Shown: piece after piece, positions 36,691 to 50,714 of the stretch | Position numbering within the stretch: the first letter of the stretch is position 1 | How the letters are laid out: each line of letters begins with the position of its first letter | From: Bispira polyomma | Taxonomy: Eukaryota | Assembly (NCBI GenBank): GCA_965649765.1 | Contig: OZ287753.1 | Location: forward strand, 32,054,001-32,118,000 | Length of the DNA stretch: 64,000 nucleotides | Direction: 5' to 3' | Notes under the pieces: model-generated | Told to the model about the DNA's origin: nothing | Database searches by the model: none | What the model saw: the letters and a program-made list of their open reading frames with translations, nothing else | Translations under genes and position numbers: made by a program

Positions 36691-38282
36691 TACACCAGTA
36701 CCACTATATAGATAGGGGGGACGCCCCTCCCCCTGGAGAGACAAACTCTATGAAAATAAATGAGGTGGGCTGATTTAGTTCTGATGCACATATACATACA
36801 TTGCTCCCCAGAGCCACTACTTTATATGGTTTGGCTTTTAGTAGTTGGAGAAAATCTGCCCTCTCTCTTTTTGCTTTCTGGTTTTACATATACAGAGGGG
36901 TAAAACACTGATTTATGATGGGAGAGAAAGGTCTCTGGGTTTTTCTTTTCTTTTTAGAAAGGGGGGGAGGGAGGGGGAGGGGAGGGAGGGAGGGAGGCTA
37001 AGTTCAAACTCTGTACCCCATTAATAGACTGATAACATCTTGAAATATGAGCTCTGTCAAAGGTAAAGACTGGTACTCTGCAATCTGGGCTCATTTAAAG
37101 ACCGACAGATAAGCCTGATTTCATTTTTTTAAGCAGGCTTAAAAACCAATCAACATAATATATGAACTCCTGTTGGATATAAACCTTTGCCCAATATATA
37201 ATCATGTCATATATATATTTCTTCTTCTTCTAAAAAGGTCTATCCAAGTCAAATTAAGTACTGCGTTTTTATTTTTAAACTGTTCTTTAAGGAATGAAAA
37301 ATCGACTACATTAATACAGAATTTAAACACGTGTCTTTCTTTTGCTATTAATTATGGTGACATATTGTTAGGTATACTAATCTGATCTAGTGTCTAGCAC
37401 CAGACTAGTACAATACATGTATGCATGTATGGTTTTGAGGTTTACGTCTTGTTGGATCAAACAGTGGAGCTTTATCAGGTGAACTTTAAGATCAGTATTT
37501 TCAACAATGGAATAATGTTATATTCTTTAGCAAACAGTTCAAACAAACCCCAGCTGTATGTTTGTATACAAGATCCAAACCAGAGCTGGGACCTTTTTAA
37601 ACAATTATAAGTTCTACTTGATTTACAATTTACATCTGCTACTTGTACCCAATGTAATAATCTCTGCTTGCTTAAACTATATGTCAAAAACCCTCAGATG
37701 TGAGGCCAGTTTTACAGTCAGGAGAGACAGAGTTCAAACAGAATATATAAAGCATAATTACAGAACTTGGTGTGTGATAGTCCACATTTTAGAAAAGAAG
37801 AAAACAAGAGACTTTGGCTGTTTGAAAGACACTGACAAACCTGTACACATCAAACAGGTATTAGATTATCACCTGGGCTTTTGTCACCATGTAACACAAA
37901 GCACATGTTCTATATTTTTTTGTGCTGTAGTTTGTTTTTACAATCTCACAAATATATTTTTGAGACCATTTAATGTCGTCTGGCTGTCTATTTCTGTGTG
38001 GGTTTTTTTTCACCTAAATTATGAAATTGGCTGTGATAAAATTATGATGTTAGTTGTCATTTAAACAGTAGCAGAAGACAAAGATCGTGATTTTTGTCAA
38101 GAAAGATGCTTATATTTGTAAATATGTAATGTAACCTTATGAGATAATGTTTCCATTTTTGGGGCCATAAAACTAAAGGTATACGACACCCGTAAACCCT
38201 TAAACACACTTGCGTATTAAAAGTATGGTTACCAGAAAAGCAAAATGAATATGATTACACAGAGTTGCTTCTTTATTTACCC

Positions 38283-38527
38283 GGGGCCGCGGTGGCCTAG
38301 TGGTTAGCAAGCATTGCGCTTCACAATCACTGGTCTCTCACCTGGTGTGAGTTCGAATCCTGTCGATGCCTATGTGGGAAAGGTGGTAGTTCCTTACTGT
38401 TGGCCGCTGGTTTCTCTGCAGAACCTTGACCGACTGTATGCAGTGTTTTCTCCAGCATTTTCAACTACCCGTCCCAATATAACCTACTAAAAGGTACTAG
38501 AGTGGACGTTAAATATCCAAATTCAAA
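38283..38527 (+). mobile_element. tRNA-derived SINE with 14-bp TSD
   Basis: A-box tggcctagtgg, B-box gttcgaatcc, (aaattc) tail. TSD ttctttatttaccc at 38269-38282 and 38528-38541. Confidence 0.9.
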
Positions 38528-38649
38528 TTCTTTATTTACCCCTTAGGGTTTATATATTAAGATGATCTGTAAAACACATCACAAGAATCATGACTCTATT
38601 ACTGCCAATCTGACTTTCTGTAATTCCACTGTTTCTACTCATTAACTAC

Positions 38650-38817
38650 CTGGACAATTTGACTGGCAGGCGATCTTCTGTAAGGGTTCCCCAAAGCAGG
38701 CGTTGCCCCTGATGGAGGGGGGTGGGTTGTTACAGACCCTGGTCCTCCTCTGCCAGCCTTTACCACACTTACTGGAACATTCAGACCAGCTACTCCAAGT
38801 GGCCCATTTACCATGTA
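38650..38817 (-). CDS. unc5: UNC5 exon, first TSP1 repeat (168 nt, phase 1-1)
   Basis: tttcAG|...CAG|GTagtt; encodes VHGKWATWSSWSECSSKCGKGWQRRTRVCNNPPPSIRGNACFGEPLQKIACQSNCP. This frame is not in the ORF track. Confidence 0.92.
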
Positions 38818-39022
38818 CTGAAACACAATCAGAGGTACAGTCAGCTTACAGCAATTACTCCAAATTACCATGTACTGAAAAACAATGAAAGGTGAGTCAA
38901 TGTACAGCAATATTCTAAGTTACCATGTACTGAAAAACAATGAAAGGTAAGTCAATGTACAGCAATATTCTAAGTTACCATGTACTGAAATACAACAAAA
39001 AGTACGGTCAGCTTACAGTAAT
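38808..39022. repeat. Four-copy 55-57 bp tandem repeat spanning the UNC5 acceptor site
   Basis: ttaccatgtactgaaa starts at 38808, 38865, 38920 and 38975. Confidence 0.9.
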
Positions 39023-40282
39023 AATACATCTACAATGTTAGGTATGTCATGCAATTAAATGCCGTAAGATACTGCACAGCGTACTGATGCCACTGTTAAT
39101 ACTAACTACAATTGCATTTCTTTTGAGACTATGCAACCTTTACTAATTGGCATGACATACAAACTAGTAACCGCCTTGAGAGAACACAAGAATACTGATC
39201 TGTGCTGGGGGCGAGTTAGTGCACACTCTCTTTTTTCTAGAATTGGTGGAGAACGCCCTACCTACGCCCACAACTAGCTAATGTTCATCAGATGAGATCA
39301 TGTTTTGCTGAATAAAATAGTAACTTTCATGGTTTATACAGTGTCGTCGTTTTCAATTTTCAAAGTACATATAAATGTTTGAACATATCTCTATAAGTAT
39401 AATATGAATATTTCATCAGAGTTTGATCAAAAGAATTAAAACCCCCCAAAAAGGCATGTCAAGTCTTATCTCAGAACCTATTTGAAAAGTGCCAGAACTC
39501 ACTTAATATTTCCATTCTGGGTAGTAATAATTCTATGGACACTACAAAACCCAGATAAATGGAACACCACCACATTAAGAACAAAAAACTAAAACACACT
39601 GGGCCTTCAAGTGGGGCTAAATACAACATTAACCAGTAGTAGAACTCCCTATAGACTGGGACCTGTCAATCATTCCCCTCTTTTTTACATTTTACAGTAA
39701 TTGAATTTAATGGATCATCATCCCATTTTTTCAGACAATGGTTGGTAATGATAGATTTTTCCCCTTCTGTCAATTAGAGAGCAGCTTGGCTGAGTAATTA
39801 TAGTGTCATGTTGCAGCCCAAAATCATCCCTGGTTCTTTGATATGGTGGTCATTTGTGTGGTGGATGGTGGTCGCCATAGATCGTGGCAGTTTTAGAAAA
39901 CCAGATGGGTACTGACAGTAAGCTGGCTAACATCTCTAGACTCTCTAGTAACACTGGCAAATTGGAGTGGGGGGGGGGGGGAGAGTTAGTTAAACCCATG
40001 ATCTGCAACCAGAAAACTAGTTAGGGGGGGGAAAACGTAAAGAGGGAGAGACATAAAAAAAAGATGAGATAATTTACCATCCCCACCCCACCACCCAAAC
40101 AAGTAGTCAGTCAGAATGCACTGCAGCCGGTGTTTAAATCAAACAGGTTTGGAGGGCATGTCTTTACTCTAAGGAGTTCAACAATGACACTGCTTGCAAT
40201 ACGCTGGCCATATTGTAGGCTTCCCTTTTATTATAACTTCAGCAACATTGTATTTTCAAAATAATACTGATCATATAATAAA

Positions 40283-40517
40283 TTGATTGATTGGGGTTTA
40301 ACATCACTTTCAATACATCGTATAGGTAATATCACGACGGGCAGTTTTACTGGTGCGGGACAGCAGTGCATACTTTTTGGTCAAGATTCTGCACTGTAAA
40401 CCACAGGGCATCGATAAATAAATGCGAACTTTCCCACATAAAGCCGCAGCCAAAATTCAAACCCACGACCTCAGAGGTGAAAGGCGAGTGCATTAACCAC
40501 TATGCCACTGAGTTCCC
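40283..40517 (-). mobile_element. tRNA-derived SINE with probable TSD
   Basis: Minus-strand A/B boxes (tggcatagtgg, gggtttgaatt) and (caat) tail; tactgatcata on both sides (40265, 40518). Confidence 0.75.
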
Positions 40518-43500
40518 TACTGATCATAAAGAAGAATACCAGAAGTTGTTATAGTCATCATTACCGCTTATGGTGTGTCTCTAAATACAATAGCGACCAT
40601 TTCTGATGCAAATTAATGGACATTAGAACCACAATTGATGTGCAATTCGAGGATGTTTCCAAACCATTGATACTCTGAATATCATTAGACATCTTAAGTC
40701 TCTGAAAGTGTACATAGATTTACACAAAATTTGTGTAGACACATGAGAATCTTGAATTTGTAAACAAAGCCAAGCATTGAACCATCACACTTCAACTTGG
40801 GTCTTAGTTATAAGTACTATTGTCCACTAAATTAAAAAGATACACATTTTTTTGATAATTCGTCAATTTAGAACAGACTCATATAATCAAAGAGTCTTAA
40901 CATTAATTATATTTCAAACCATAAAACCAAGTTTTCAGAATTTCAGTACTACAGTAATACAGACCAGAAATTCTCTAATATAAGGATTTTTTTAATAGTG
41001 ATTTTACCTTTCTGTTTAAATGGAAGGGTTTTTTTAACACAGAGTAATCAAGGACAATCTAAGGGGCCCTTTATCCTGTCATTAATCCCACTCGCTCCAC
41101 AAAAAAAGGGGGGTCCTCCTGTTATTTGCAGGGGACACAAACTTATCCGTCTGTAAACTGTGGCGTGGAAAGGAGACAGGTGGGACGTACGTAAATAGGT
41201 GAAATCTAAGACATCCATTCTGGTGTCTCGTAACGAGTGGCCCATGTAAAAATCATTTTGGTCACATGACCCGCTTACTCTTCCCGATATAGTTGCTGCT
41301 GCGTGTCAATTAAAAAGGGTTCTTCAAAATGTGGGATTACCGACTGACGGCTTGGGGGAGTGCTGACCTGCTGAAGATTTAGAGCTCTTGATGAGCATTC
41401 CGTTAATAACAAGCGGCAGGCCATTATTATGAATAATACATAGCTGGCCATGTCAAGCACCCTGGGTAGTAGCCAAAAAGAAAGCCTTTAGTTTCACAGA
41501 ACAGCAGAATAGTCTTCTACTAACTTATACCAAGTAAACGGGGAAAAAAAAAGAAAGATTCCTAAAATTGATTCATGTCACAAACTTAACGTTTTGTGCA
41601 TCAAACTTTCATTACCACTTAAACAATAGATGAACTATTTTGGGGAGAAAATAACCACTGTTTTGCTGTGTCAGTTCATGTTACATCATTGTTTCATATT
41701 TTTGTTTCTCATCCACAGTGGCAATATTACGTCCTTAGCTCACCAGAAATTGAAGACGGGGCCTTTAACTGGATCAAACTATAACTTCATATGTTTAAAT
41801 ACATTTAAAAGATATATATTACTGCTTCAATATACATCTCTTAACGAGCGAGAGAAAAAAATAATATTGTGTAAAAGTCATACTGTTTTTTAAGGGCATT
41901 TATACAGGAAAAAAACATTTGGACACCACAAAAACTTGTATAATGTGAAGTTTACAGTTTTATAACATTTTAAGAGGTGAGAAATTTAGCAATTATGTAA
42001 GAAGCAAAGCACTATAAAACTTGTGAAAGGCCCAGAGCTGCCTTCCCACTTTACAAAAACACCACCCTCCACTCAAGACCAAGTTTTGCCTGGTCTAATT
42101 TAATCAACCTCCACTTATATCCATCACTCACTCACTTTACTCATATTCTAATGCCACAACAGCACTACCGTAATTTCTACAAATGCCGCCCACAGGCAAA
42201 TTTTTTCACTAAATTGTACTACAGGAGACTCTGTTCTGTGTACAAGTCAAACGTCCAGTATCCACAGATTTTGGTCCTATTTTATAGCAAAGTTCTACTT
42301 GTACCTGGGGGATAAATCAAGTATTTAAGTATTTTTGAAAGTAGAAAGCAGAATTTTGGTTGTGGTCATAGATAAATGAAACTTAAATTTGTTCTAGTTA
42401 CAGAGGAATGTGTACTGTACATGGCACAGACCTCATAAATGTACTGAAAAAATGCCCTTTAGTAGTAAAAGTGTATTTTACAGAAGTCTTTTTATCCAAT
42501 GAATGATATAACTACCGGTATCCATACACAGTGGTTTAACTTTAAAAGGAAAAAAAAGACTATTTCAGACAACACTCTTTTAAAGCAATCCTTGTAGTTG
42601 CATTCTTTTTTTAAAGATTTCTCTCATTGCAAGTGTAAAGAGTAAATAAACTGCCTAGTATTATTACGTCACCCACCCAATAAACAGCTTGTTGCTTTAA
42701 GAAAAACATGCTACCAGGAGATTGGCCAATGTAAATAAACACCTAACCCAGCAGCCACTTAATACTTTCACTGTTGTGTACCTTTCATCTTCCAAATAAG
42801 ATCAATTGCCGCCTTGGCTGTCCCCGTTTATTGTGAGAGTACTAGAATATTACAGGCACAGAAGGAAGTGATGGAATTAAGCCCACTAACTTTATTTGTG
42901 GCTCATTAAGCACTCAAACACCCTAACTACTAAATCAACCCTGTTACCCCCCTTTAAAAAGAACCCCAGCGTGTGAAAGGAGAAAGCTGGGGCAGGGGTT
43001 ATTTAGGAATCACATAACACCACCTAGTTGTTTGACAATGCAAAGTTGTTTGACGGTATCTATAAATAAAGACAACTTGCTGCTATAAATTAGACACATA
43101 TTGCTTACTCTAAATGGGGCATAGATATACATATATCTGGGTGCTGTTACTTCAGGTCACTTTTTAATGGCCATTGCATCACAATTGGTGATGACACGCT
43201 CAAACAGGACACATAGAGGACCTGGGTTCTATCCTAGTACATGCAGTTAGTTATACATAGTTCATCAGATGATCGCTTATATAATGGTAGTCACTGGTCT
43301 AAAACTTTGTGTCTTATCAGTGCTAGGCTAAAGGACTTTGTGTGGACATTGAGAAATCGTGAGCTCTAATATTTTTTTTAATTTCTATTAACTGTTAAAG
43401 CAAGTCATCACCTAAATACTGTCCAATTGGTTGTACTTGTATACAGCATTCTATCATTATTCATTCTTGTCAGTGTTTTTCATCCATTGTCTTCATTTTG

Positions 43501-45582
43501 TAAATATCTCATTGCAAGAAGGCTTTGTATAATTGTATTTTTGCGATTGTTGCCTAATTGTGAATAAAATATGTTTAAACAAAAAAAAAACTTGTATACA
43601 GTAAAGAATGGGTTAATATCACTCTTATCCTAACTAAAAGAAATATTGTGCCTGAGTTTATAAAACCAAATTTTGAAATTTTTACAATTTACAACTACAA
43701 ACCATTTATTCGCCACCAAACACAACCAGAACCCCCTAAAAAACAACGGCCTGTATAGCCCAGTCCGGCTTTTATAATCTGCACCCGGAATGTGTGTCAA
43801 TTACTTCCGCGTTGTTGATTCTTCTTTAGCTTTTCGTTCTGGTTTCTCCATTTGCAGTCGTTCGGTAAGCTAGATCTAGAGGTATCGGAGGGTATCCTCA
43901 ACTAAATAGGGCTTTTATATTATCTTATATGTTACCTTCTGACCCAATGGACTTGTACAGTACATGTTTTGTGTTCTATATATTGTACCATGTGTGTGAT
44001 GTGGGTTTTAGTGCAGTCAGGCTTTAAAAAGGGATACAAAGTATATTCTATTTACTGTGCCTTAATCTTCCTGAAACTCAAATAATGGAGAGGACAGACA
44101 TACAATACAGTACTACCACCAGGAGGTTCTGTCACCACCTTTTAGCTATGTGTGACAAGCTCAGGCTTCCACAGAAGAGATACCACAACCTATAATTACT
44201 GGGCTACTCTATCTATGCAAAACCCAACAACAACCTCACATCTGTGGATGTATATATTGGTGGTGCATTCTTCAATGCTAATGACAGTTTTTTTTGCATT
44301 CTTGTCCCAAAAAGAGCTTCAATTACCCATGAATCTATTTAGAAGAGATTACCTTGGGTGTGTGTGTTTAGTAGTGTGTGTTCAGAGTAGTACATCTCAA
44401 AGCAAAAGGGGGTGAGTTTTTAAGGTGAATTTAAAATGTACATAATTAACAGGAATGATGTGCACTAGTATTCAAAGCCTTTTGAAACCTTGTCTATATT
44501 AAAACTGTCAATCTTAAACTCAAAATTAGAAGAAAAATATTAGGGTTTTTATTGGCTATGATATAAAAATTCTATATCAAATCAATTAGATTAAATTTGA
44601 ACATTAACCTTTTCTTAGATAAGACATAGGTAGTATCTTATATAGGTGCAAACAATATTTTTTAAGATAATAATGGATATGACTCTCTATCTCAATGACG
44701 CTAATAAAAGTAACATAGCAGTTACAGGTTTTTTTTCCCACAGCCCAGACCAATTCTGAGGCATTTAACATAAAAATAGTGACTGATCGCTGTGTTCTGT
44801 TCATGCTGATAAAAGTGGGGGCGGTTAGACAAACTTGTCAGAATTTTTTTGGTTAATGAATAGATTCTAATGAAAAGTAAGGAGGAAACAGCCAATGGTT
44901 TGTGAAATTAATTCAATGTAAGCGAGTAAATGAGAGTTTTTACATTGAGACCTGCATAAAGGAAAACCACACGGACACACCGCTGTTAAATAACAAAGAC
45001 AAACATAATTTTTGTCACCAATTGTCTGGATTTAGGTATATTTATCCCATGCATCAGTTACTTTGTTTTCTGACCAAGTTAAATGTGTAAGTAGCAGGTA
45101 GATATTGTCTCTTCTTCCAGATATATTTCGGAGAGTGGAAATATGTTTATAAACTCAAAAATTCGGTATATCAGAAGTTCATATAATAGATTTTCTAGTG
45201 CTAGTTTCTGTACTGATAAAAAAAGTTTTACTTATCACAATCTTTGGACTTAACCTACATTCACACTTACTCGATTTGTGACAACAAATTTTTATCTGTC
45301 TATAAATTATATATGTATCTATACTTTTTCTTATATATATATATATATATGTGTGAATATGATTAGCGACATCTAATGTCGCGAGTTTTTCATTCCAGGA
45401 GCAGGAAAAAAAGTGGTAAAAATAGCGTCCTGGCATCGTTTATACAAGAAAACCAAGTTGTTATCACTATTTGATTTTTACATTGCAAATCGTCCATCGG
45501 TTTCCGCAAATCGCGTACATCAGAATGTAAGCTTATATACCCAGTACAGAGTAGGCTTCTATATAACAAGCTGGCCCCTTAC

Positions 45583-45763
45583 CTAGCACAGAGAGAGTAG
45601 CTGACTCAGACACACGCCTGCCCACAATGTTCTCCGCCCCACAGGTATAGTTCCCTGAGTCTGAGAGCCTAGCCTGGCTAATAAGCAGGTTCCCCTCACT
45701 GGAGATGATGTAGTTAATGTCTGCATCCACGTCTATGAGGTTACCGTCTTTAAGCCAAAACAC
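45583..45763 (-). CDS. unc5: UNC5 exon, second Ig domain C-terminal part (181 nt, phase 0-1)
   Basis: tctctAG|...|GTaagg; encodes VFWLKDGNLIDVDADINYIISSEGNLLISQARLSDSGNYTCGAENIVGRRVSESATLSVL. Confidence 0.93.
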
Positions 45764-47791
45764 CTAGAGACACAAAAATCATCTAGTATAAAAACTGGCT
45801 TTTGTAATTTTTGTATCATATATACTCAATCACAGTTAAAAACCCTACTGAGTGGAACCCTACTGAGTGAAACCTCTAAAGCATCAGGAGAAAGCCTCTA
45901 GAAATAAATTAAGTAGGATTTCCACTTAACACAGTAGATTTGAAAGGAAAATGCCTTTGTGGGAGTATAGATACTATATTGTTTGGATAATAGACTGTTC
46001 ATAACATCAGAAGGGGCATGTTAGTATTTAACGTAATCAAATGTGGGGTAAACTGGATATTGGTAAAGATAAACAGGATAAGGTTAACAGAAGTTCTACT
46101 TCTCAAAATGTAAATTGAAGTCAGTGATTCATCTGTTAAGTTGTGCAAAAAAAAAGAAGACAAAACGCTACTATGCAAAGATGTGGTCATTGGTTTACTA
46201 CTACAACAGACTGTTGACTGGGTGCGACAGATGTCAGTGAATTAATTGCTATAAAAACCCTGATTATCACTCACTACGTAATTATACCAGTGTGTCATCA
46301 AGAAGTGACCTTCACCTTCAGAAACTGACAAGAACATTAAAGTGAGGTGGGGTTGGTGTCCAAGTATACATAAGATAAAACAAATGATCTCATATACTTT
46401 AATGGTGGTAATACTTTATTTTTTAAAATTACGGGGCTTTATAGAATGCATAAAGACAGAATTGCATGATAACTTGTCATCTATAAGGTCTTCAAAGTGT
46501 CAATCTGAGAAGCTTTGTGATTACTTCTACACCATGTGTGAACTGGTTCTTTCATGTGTAAATGTTCAAATATCACTCGGTGTGGCCATTAGCAAAAAGA
46601 GGATTGCCATGGCTGAAAAGAATGGCTTTTTTATTGGGGATAATATGAAGTCAAATATATAATCAAACTAAAGTAATAGAATCATGCTGCATGAAAATAT
46701 CTATATTGCACATTCTGGCGAGTTCTAAAGTTAAAGACTATGACTTCCTCTCTTAAAGTGAGGCCATATATAGAGTTTCATTTTTTTCGAAAAGGACAAC
46801 AAAAAACGAAAGTAACCATATACCATTGGTGCCATTAAATATAAGTGACCATCAAACAGTTTTAACTTTATTCCTTTTAAGATCTATGTATAGTTTAGAC
46901 ACTTAAGGTCACTACAAAAAAAAAGATATATCTTGGCTGTAAACTTTGTTTATGTTTACAAATATCAGTGTGTAAATTAAATCAGAGAACATTGAGTATA
47001 TGGCGATGCAGGCCTGAGTTATATTCAGTTACAAACCTGACCTCAACATAGCACTCAATGTGTTTGCTCTCCTCACAGACACAAACTACTAGCGCTTTCT
47101 TGTATTCAAGCCTAACCTTGGAAAGCTAAACTTCCTTGGCTCTAATCCCTTCACAGGACACTTCTAGGTATGATGTATATATATTTAAACTAAACACTCA
47201 GTCTTTACATCCAGACATTTTCTAATGTCCTAACCATATATAATACACATACCAATAGCCTTGGATAGGAAATTATACTTGCTTACATATCAAAAACGGA
47301 TTGCTTAAGTTAAAATTCCCAAATATTTGAAATGAATACAGGTTTCTGTTTAAAGTAGCACCTTATTACACAACAGAAACAAGAATGAGCAAAAGTATGA
47401 ATCGCTTCTGAAATTACAGAGATATTAAATATCTTGTGAATAAAGTCATCACTCTCACAATTTCATCTGACAAAGTATGTATGTACACACACAGTTTATA
47501 TACCAATTTCACTCATACACTAGTAGTGGATTATATTATGAACCTCTCGAATTAGTAGCAGATTTGAACATATTTGGAGGATACATATTAAACATATAAA
47601 TTTTTGCAATTAAGAGTTTACATATTTTACCATGGCAATGCAGAAAACATACATACAAACCCATTTACGTAGAACTCTGATAAGTGGAATTATGGTACCT
47701 GTTAAGTTTGCCATATTTATAATTTCTATAAAGTAGGAAAAAACCTTTATGTTGCCTTCAGATTCTACTTTATGGGGTTCCACTGTATATA

Positions 47792-47970
47792 CAGTAGCAC
47801 CTCTATTATCTGAACATGTTGGAAGAAGAACATTTGTTTGGATAATAGAAGGTTCGTAAAAATAGAAAATGCATTTTTGTATAAAAGAAAAGGTATTTCA
47901 GGGAGTGAAAATTTGAGCATAAAGTCAAGTATTTGGATAATACAAGCTCAGATAATAGAGGTTCCTTCTA
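47792..47970 (+). mobile_element. MITE family A
   Basis: TA|cagtagcacctctattatctgaacatgttgg ... gataatagaggttcc. Confidence 0.7.
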
Positions 47971-50087
47971 CAATAGTGCATGTGTGTGTGTGTGTGTGTG
48001 TGTGGGGGGGGGGGGGTAGTAGCAGGTGGACCACTATATTATACATAAAGAAGTCTTATCTCTAAAGGTTTATAAGAACTGTGTGTCCCCCCCTTATTCT
48101 TTACTGCCTTTAGTTTTGGAGTACCCTGTGCAAACATTGACGAGAAACTTTTGGACAATTATTGACATATTGTCAGTCTGGACAGTGAAACAAAAAACAG
48201 TTTTAAGGTCTTTTTTTACGTATTTAACTGATTTTATAGGAGATGTCTGAAGTGCCTCTTAAAATGAAGTTATCTCTCTTGGAGGGGGTAGATAATATTA
48301 TTATTCAGCAACAGCTGAAGGAAATCATGAATAAATTTTCAAATCAATGCTACCTTCTCTTGGTCTGTGGGTTTTTGTGTGTGTTTATTTATAAAGAAAC
48401 AGATAGGATTGCAAGAGGGTTCAGGTCGATGATAAAATATCTCAGACAGCCTTTAATTGCTTGATAATTGGATCTTAAGTGTAGACAGGCAGCTGATCTT
48501 ATGATGCTCTCTTATACAGCAAATCATTTACTAGAACAGCCAAAAAACAAAACCTGAAATAAGTTTTAAGGACATCAAAATAACACCCAATAAATTAAGG
48601 ACTTAAAAATCAAATCTGTAATGTTTGCTGACGTCATTTAGGTAGTTTAAAATAATGTCTGTCTTTGTTTTTACAGAAAACTTAAATAATTCACAATCAA
48701 AAACAGCAAAACAGGAAGAACCAGTATAGTCGTAAACTGACTTCCTCTATAAAGTTCATAATTGACAAGAAAAAGCAGTAAAAATTCCTCTAAATCTAGA
48801 TACTTTCATATTCACTGAGTGTATTTTTAATCACACAAAAAGATTTTTTTTCCATCACTGTACAAAAATATAAAAGTGGTATCATACATGGCCAAATACC
48901 CAGAAATAACTCATTTGTTTGGCAGATCAACTTGTAATCCTGAGCTGGAGCTTCTAGAAAACACAAACAGTAGCAGTCCTATGTTATAATGGAGGACTAG
49001 GTGGTTTTTTGCCCTGTTATTTGGGGGAGGGGGTGGAGGGGGGGGGGGTGCAGAGGACCAGAAATGCTTGCCTGTCAATGTTTATCTTGCATGGTATTTT
49101 TACAAACCAATTCCTGGGTTCCCTGTGTTTTTACTGCTATCAAACTTATCTCAAAATTGCCACACACTCAGAATTACCTCTAAAATTTTGGGCTTCTGAT
49201 TTTATGTACACTTCTTCCTGCCGTGTTATATCAATTTTGATAAGAGAAGCAGATATTTTATCAGAATATATGCAGCTTCTTTGAAACTTTAAGGGTCAGT
49301 CAAAATTGCTGCTGTAAGAATAGGCTATGCCATCTGTAATGAAGCACTATATTCTCATTTCTTGAAGATTTATGGACAATCGTCATTATACAAAAACTCA
49401 GTAACATAAATTACATTGTAAACTACTGTATTTTTAAATGTATTTATATATATATATGTTTCAGATATAAGTTTCAATTTTTTTTAGACTCACAAACGAA
49501 GCTGCCTATTATTTGTCTTGCTGGATCATTGACATTATGTAATATCTTAATGTCAGTCATTTGAATGGAGGCGGGATTTTTAAGTTGCCTGTGGCCTATA
49601 CAGCTGGATCAACTTCCATTAGAAGAAAAGCAAATGGCATATATTGCAGTACACAGTAGTGTGTTTGAGACTGGCTGTTTTTTTTCTCTATCCTTTGTTA
49701 CGTTTCTCCCATTTCTGCCCACACTTTCCTCCAGAAATTTAGAAACCTGGCTATTACTTCCGATGACTGATTTTTCTGGGCTTTATAAGGCGGAAGAGGC
49801 TGGATTATATATAGGGGAATTCTATAAATTCTACAAGCTTTTTTTGTTGTTTCACCATGTTGCTTTTTTAGCAAAGTACATATGAAACAATTACTAAATT
49901 GGATTTTATAGGGGGGGGGAGGGGGGTTATGGGAACAGAACTTCTATCATATGCAAAAAACTCAGTTTTACTCCTTGGAAAGTTAACAGCGGTGACATAA
50001 AAGGTACAGTCTACTATATACAGGTTAAATGTCCAATATGCATATACTATTTCTATACCAGCGAGAATTTCACCTTGTTTTCTAATA

Positions 50088-50275
50088 CAGTGGAACCTCT
50101 ATAGTCCGAATATGTTGGCAGAGCAGGATTTTGTTCTGGTAATTGAAGGATCGTAAAATAGAAGAGGCATAACTGAATAAAACAACAGGGAAACATAGAT
50201 TTGGGAGAATAAAGAAATGAGTTCATAAAATTGAATATTTTGACAATAGAAATTCAGATAATAGAGGTTCTACTG
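50088..50275 (+). mobile_element. MITE family A with TA TSD
   Basis: TA|cagtggaacctctat ... atagaggttctactg|TA. Confidence 0.82.
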
Positions 50276-50313
50276 TAATAATCTGGTTAAGTTCCTTTCT
50301 GGATACCACTGAC

Positions 50314-50417
50314 CTTGGGTAGAGGTAGTCCCTCTGGTGGCAAACACTGGAGTGACACCTGTGACTTGAGCTCCACTGCCACACTTAGTGGTTCTCTCAC
50401 AAACCGCTTCCTGATAT
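50314..50417 (-). CDS. unc5: UNC5 exon, second Ig domain N-terminal part (104 nt, phase 1-0)
   Basis: ttttactttccAG|...AAG|GTcagt; encodes xIRKRFVREPLSVAVELKSQVSLQCLPPEGLPLPK and joins in frame to VFWLKDG. Confidence 0.9.
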
Positions 50418-50714
50418 CTGGAAAGTAAAAACAATGGAACACTTATAAGAGGTGGATCTGTAGAAACAAATAAAATCCTTAGCAACCAAAACAAATACAG
50501 CAAGCCTCTGTACAGTCAAACACCCTATTAGTCAAAACCTTAAAGAGACTAAGAGAAATGCCTCTACTAAAGCAGGATTTTAACTTAACAGGGAAGATTT
50601 TCATAACAAAAAGGTATTTTTGAGACTAACTACACTTTTAACAGGTTTGCAATTAATAAATTTAATAGATGATTTTCTAATAGAAAATCCACTGCATTAC
50701 AACAGTACATATGG

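Noticed and set aside
37558-38064. 168-aa ORF and other short intronic ORFs
   Set aside because: AT-rich composition, no domains, no consistent splice structure; likely chance ORFs.
38283-38365. tRNA gene
   Set aside because: A/B boxes belong to a SINE head with body, tail and TSD; no full cloverleaf.
38635-38910. ORF-track proteins over the TSP1 exon
   Set aside because: Wrong frame or strand; the real exon is in another minus-strand frame.
38808-39022. CRISPR-like repeat-spacer look
   Set aside because: The spacers are homologous to each other, the context is a eukaryotic intron, and there are no cas genes; it is a tandem duplication.
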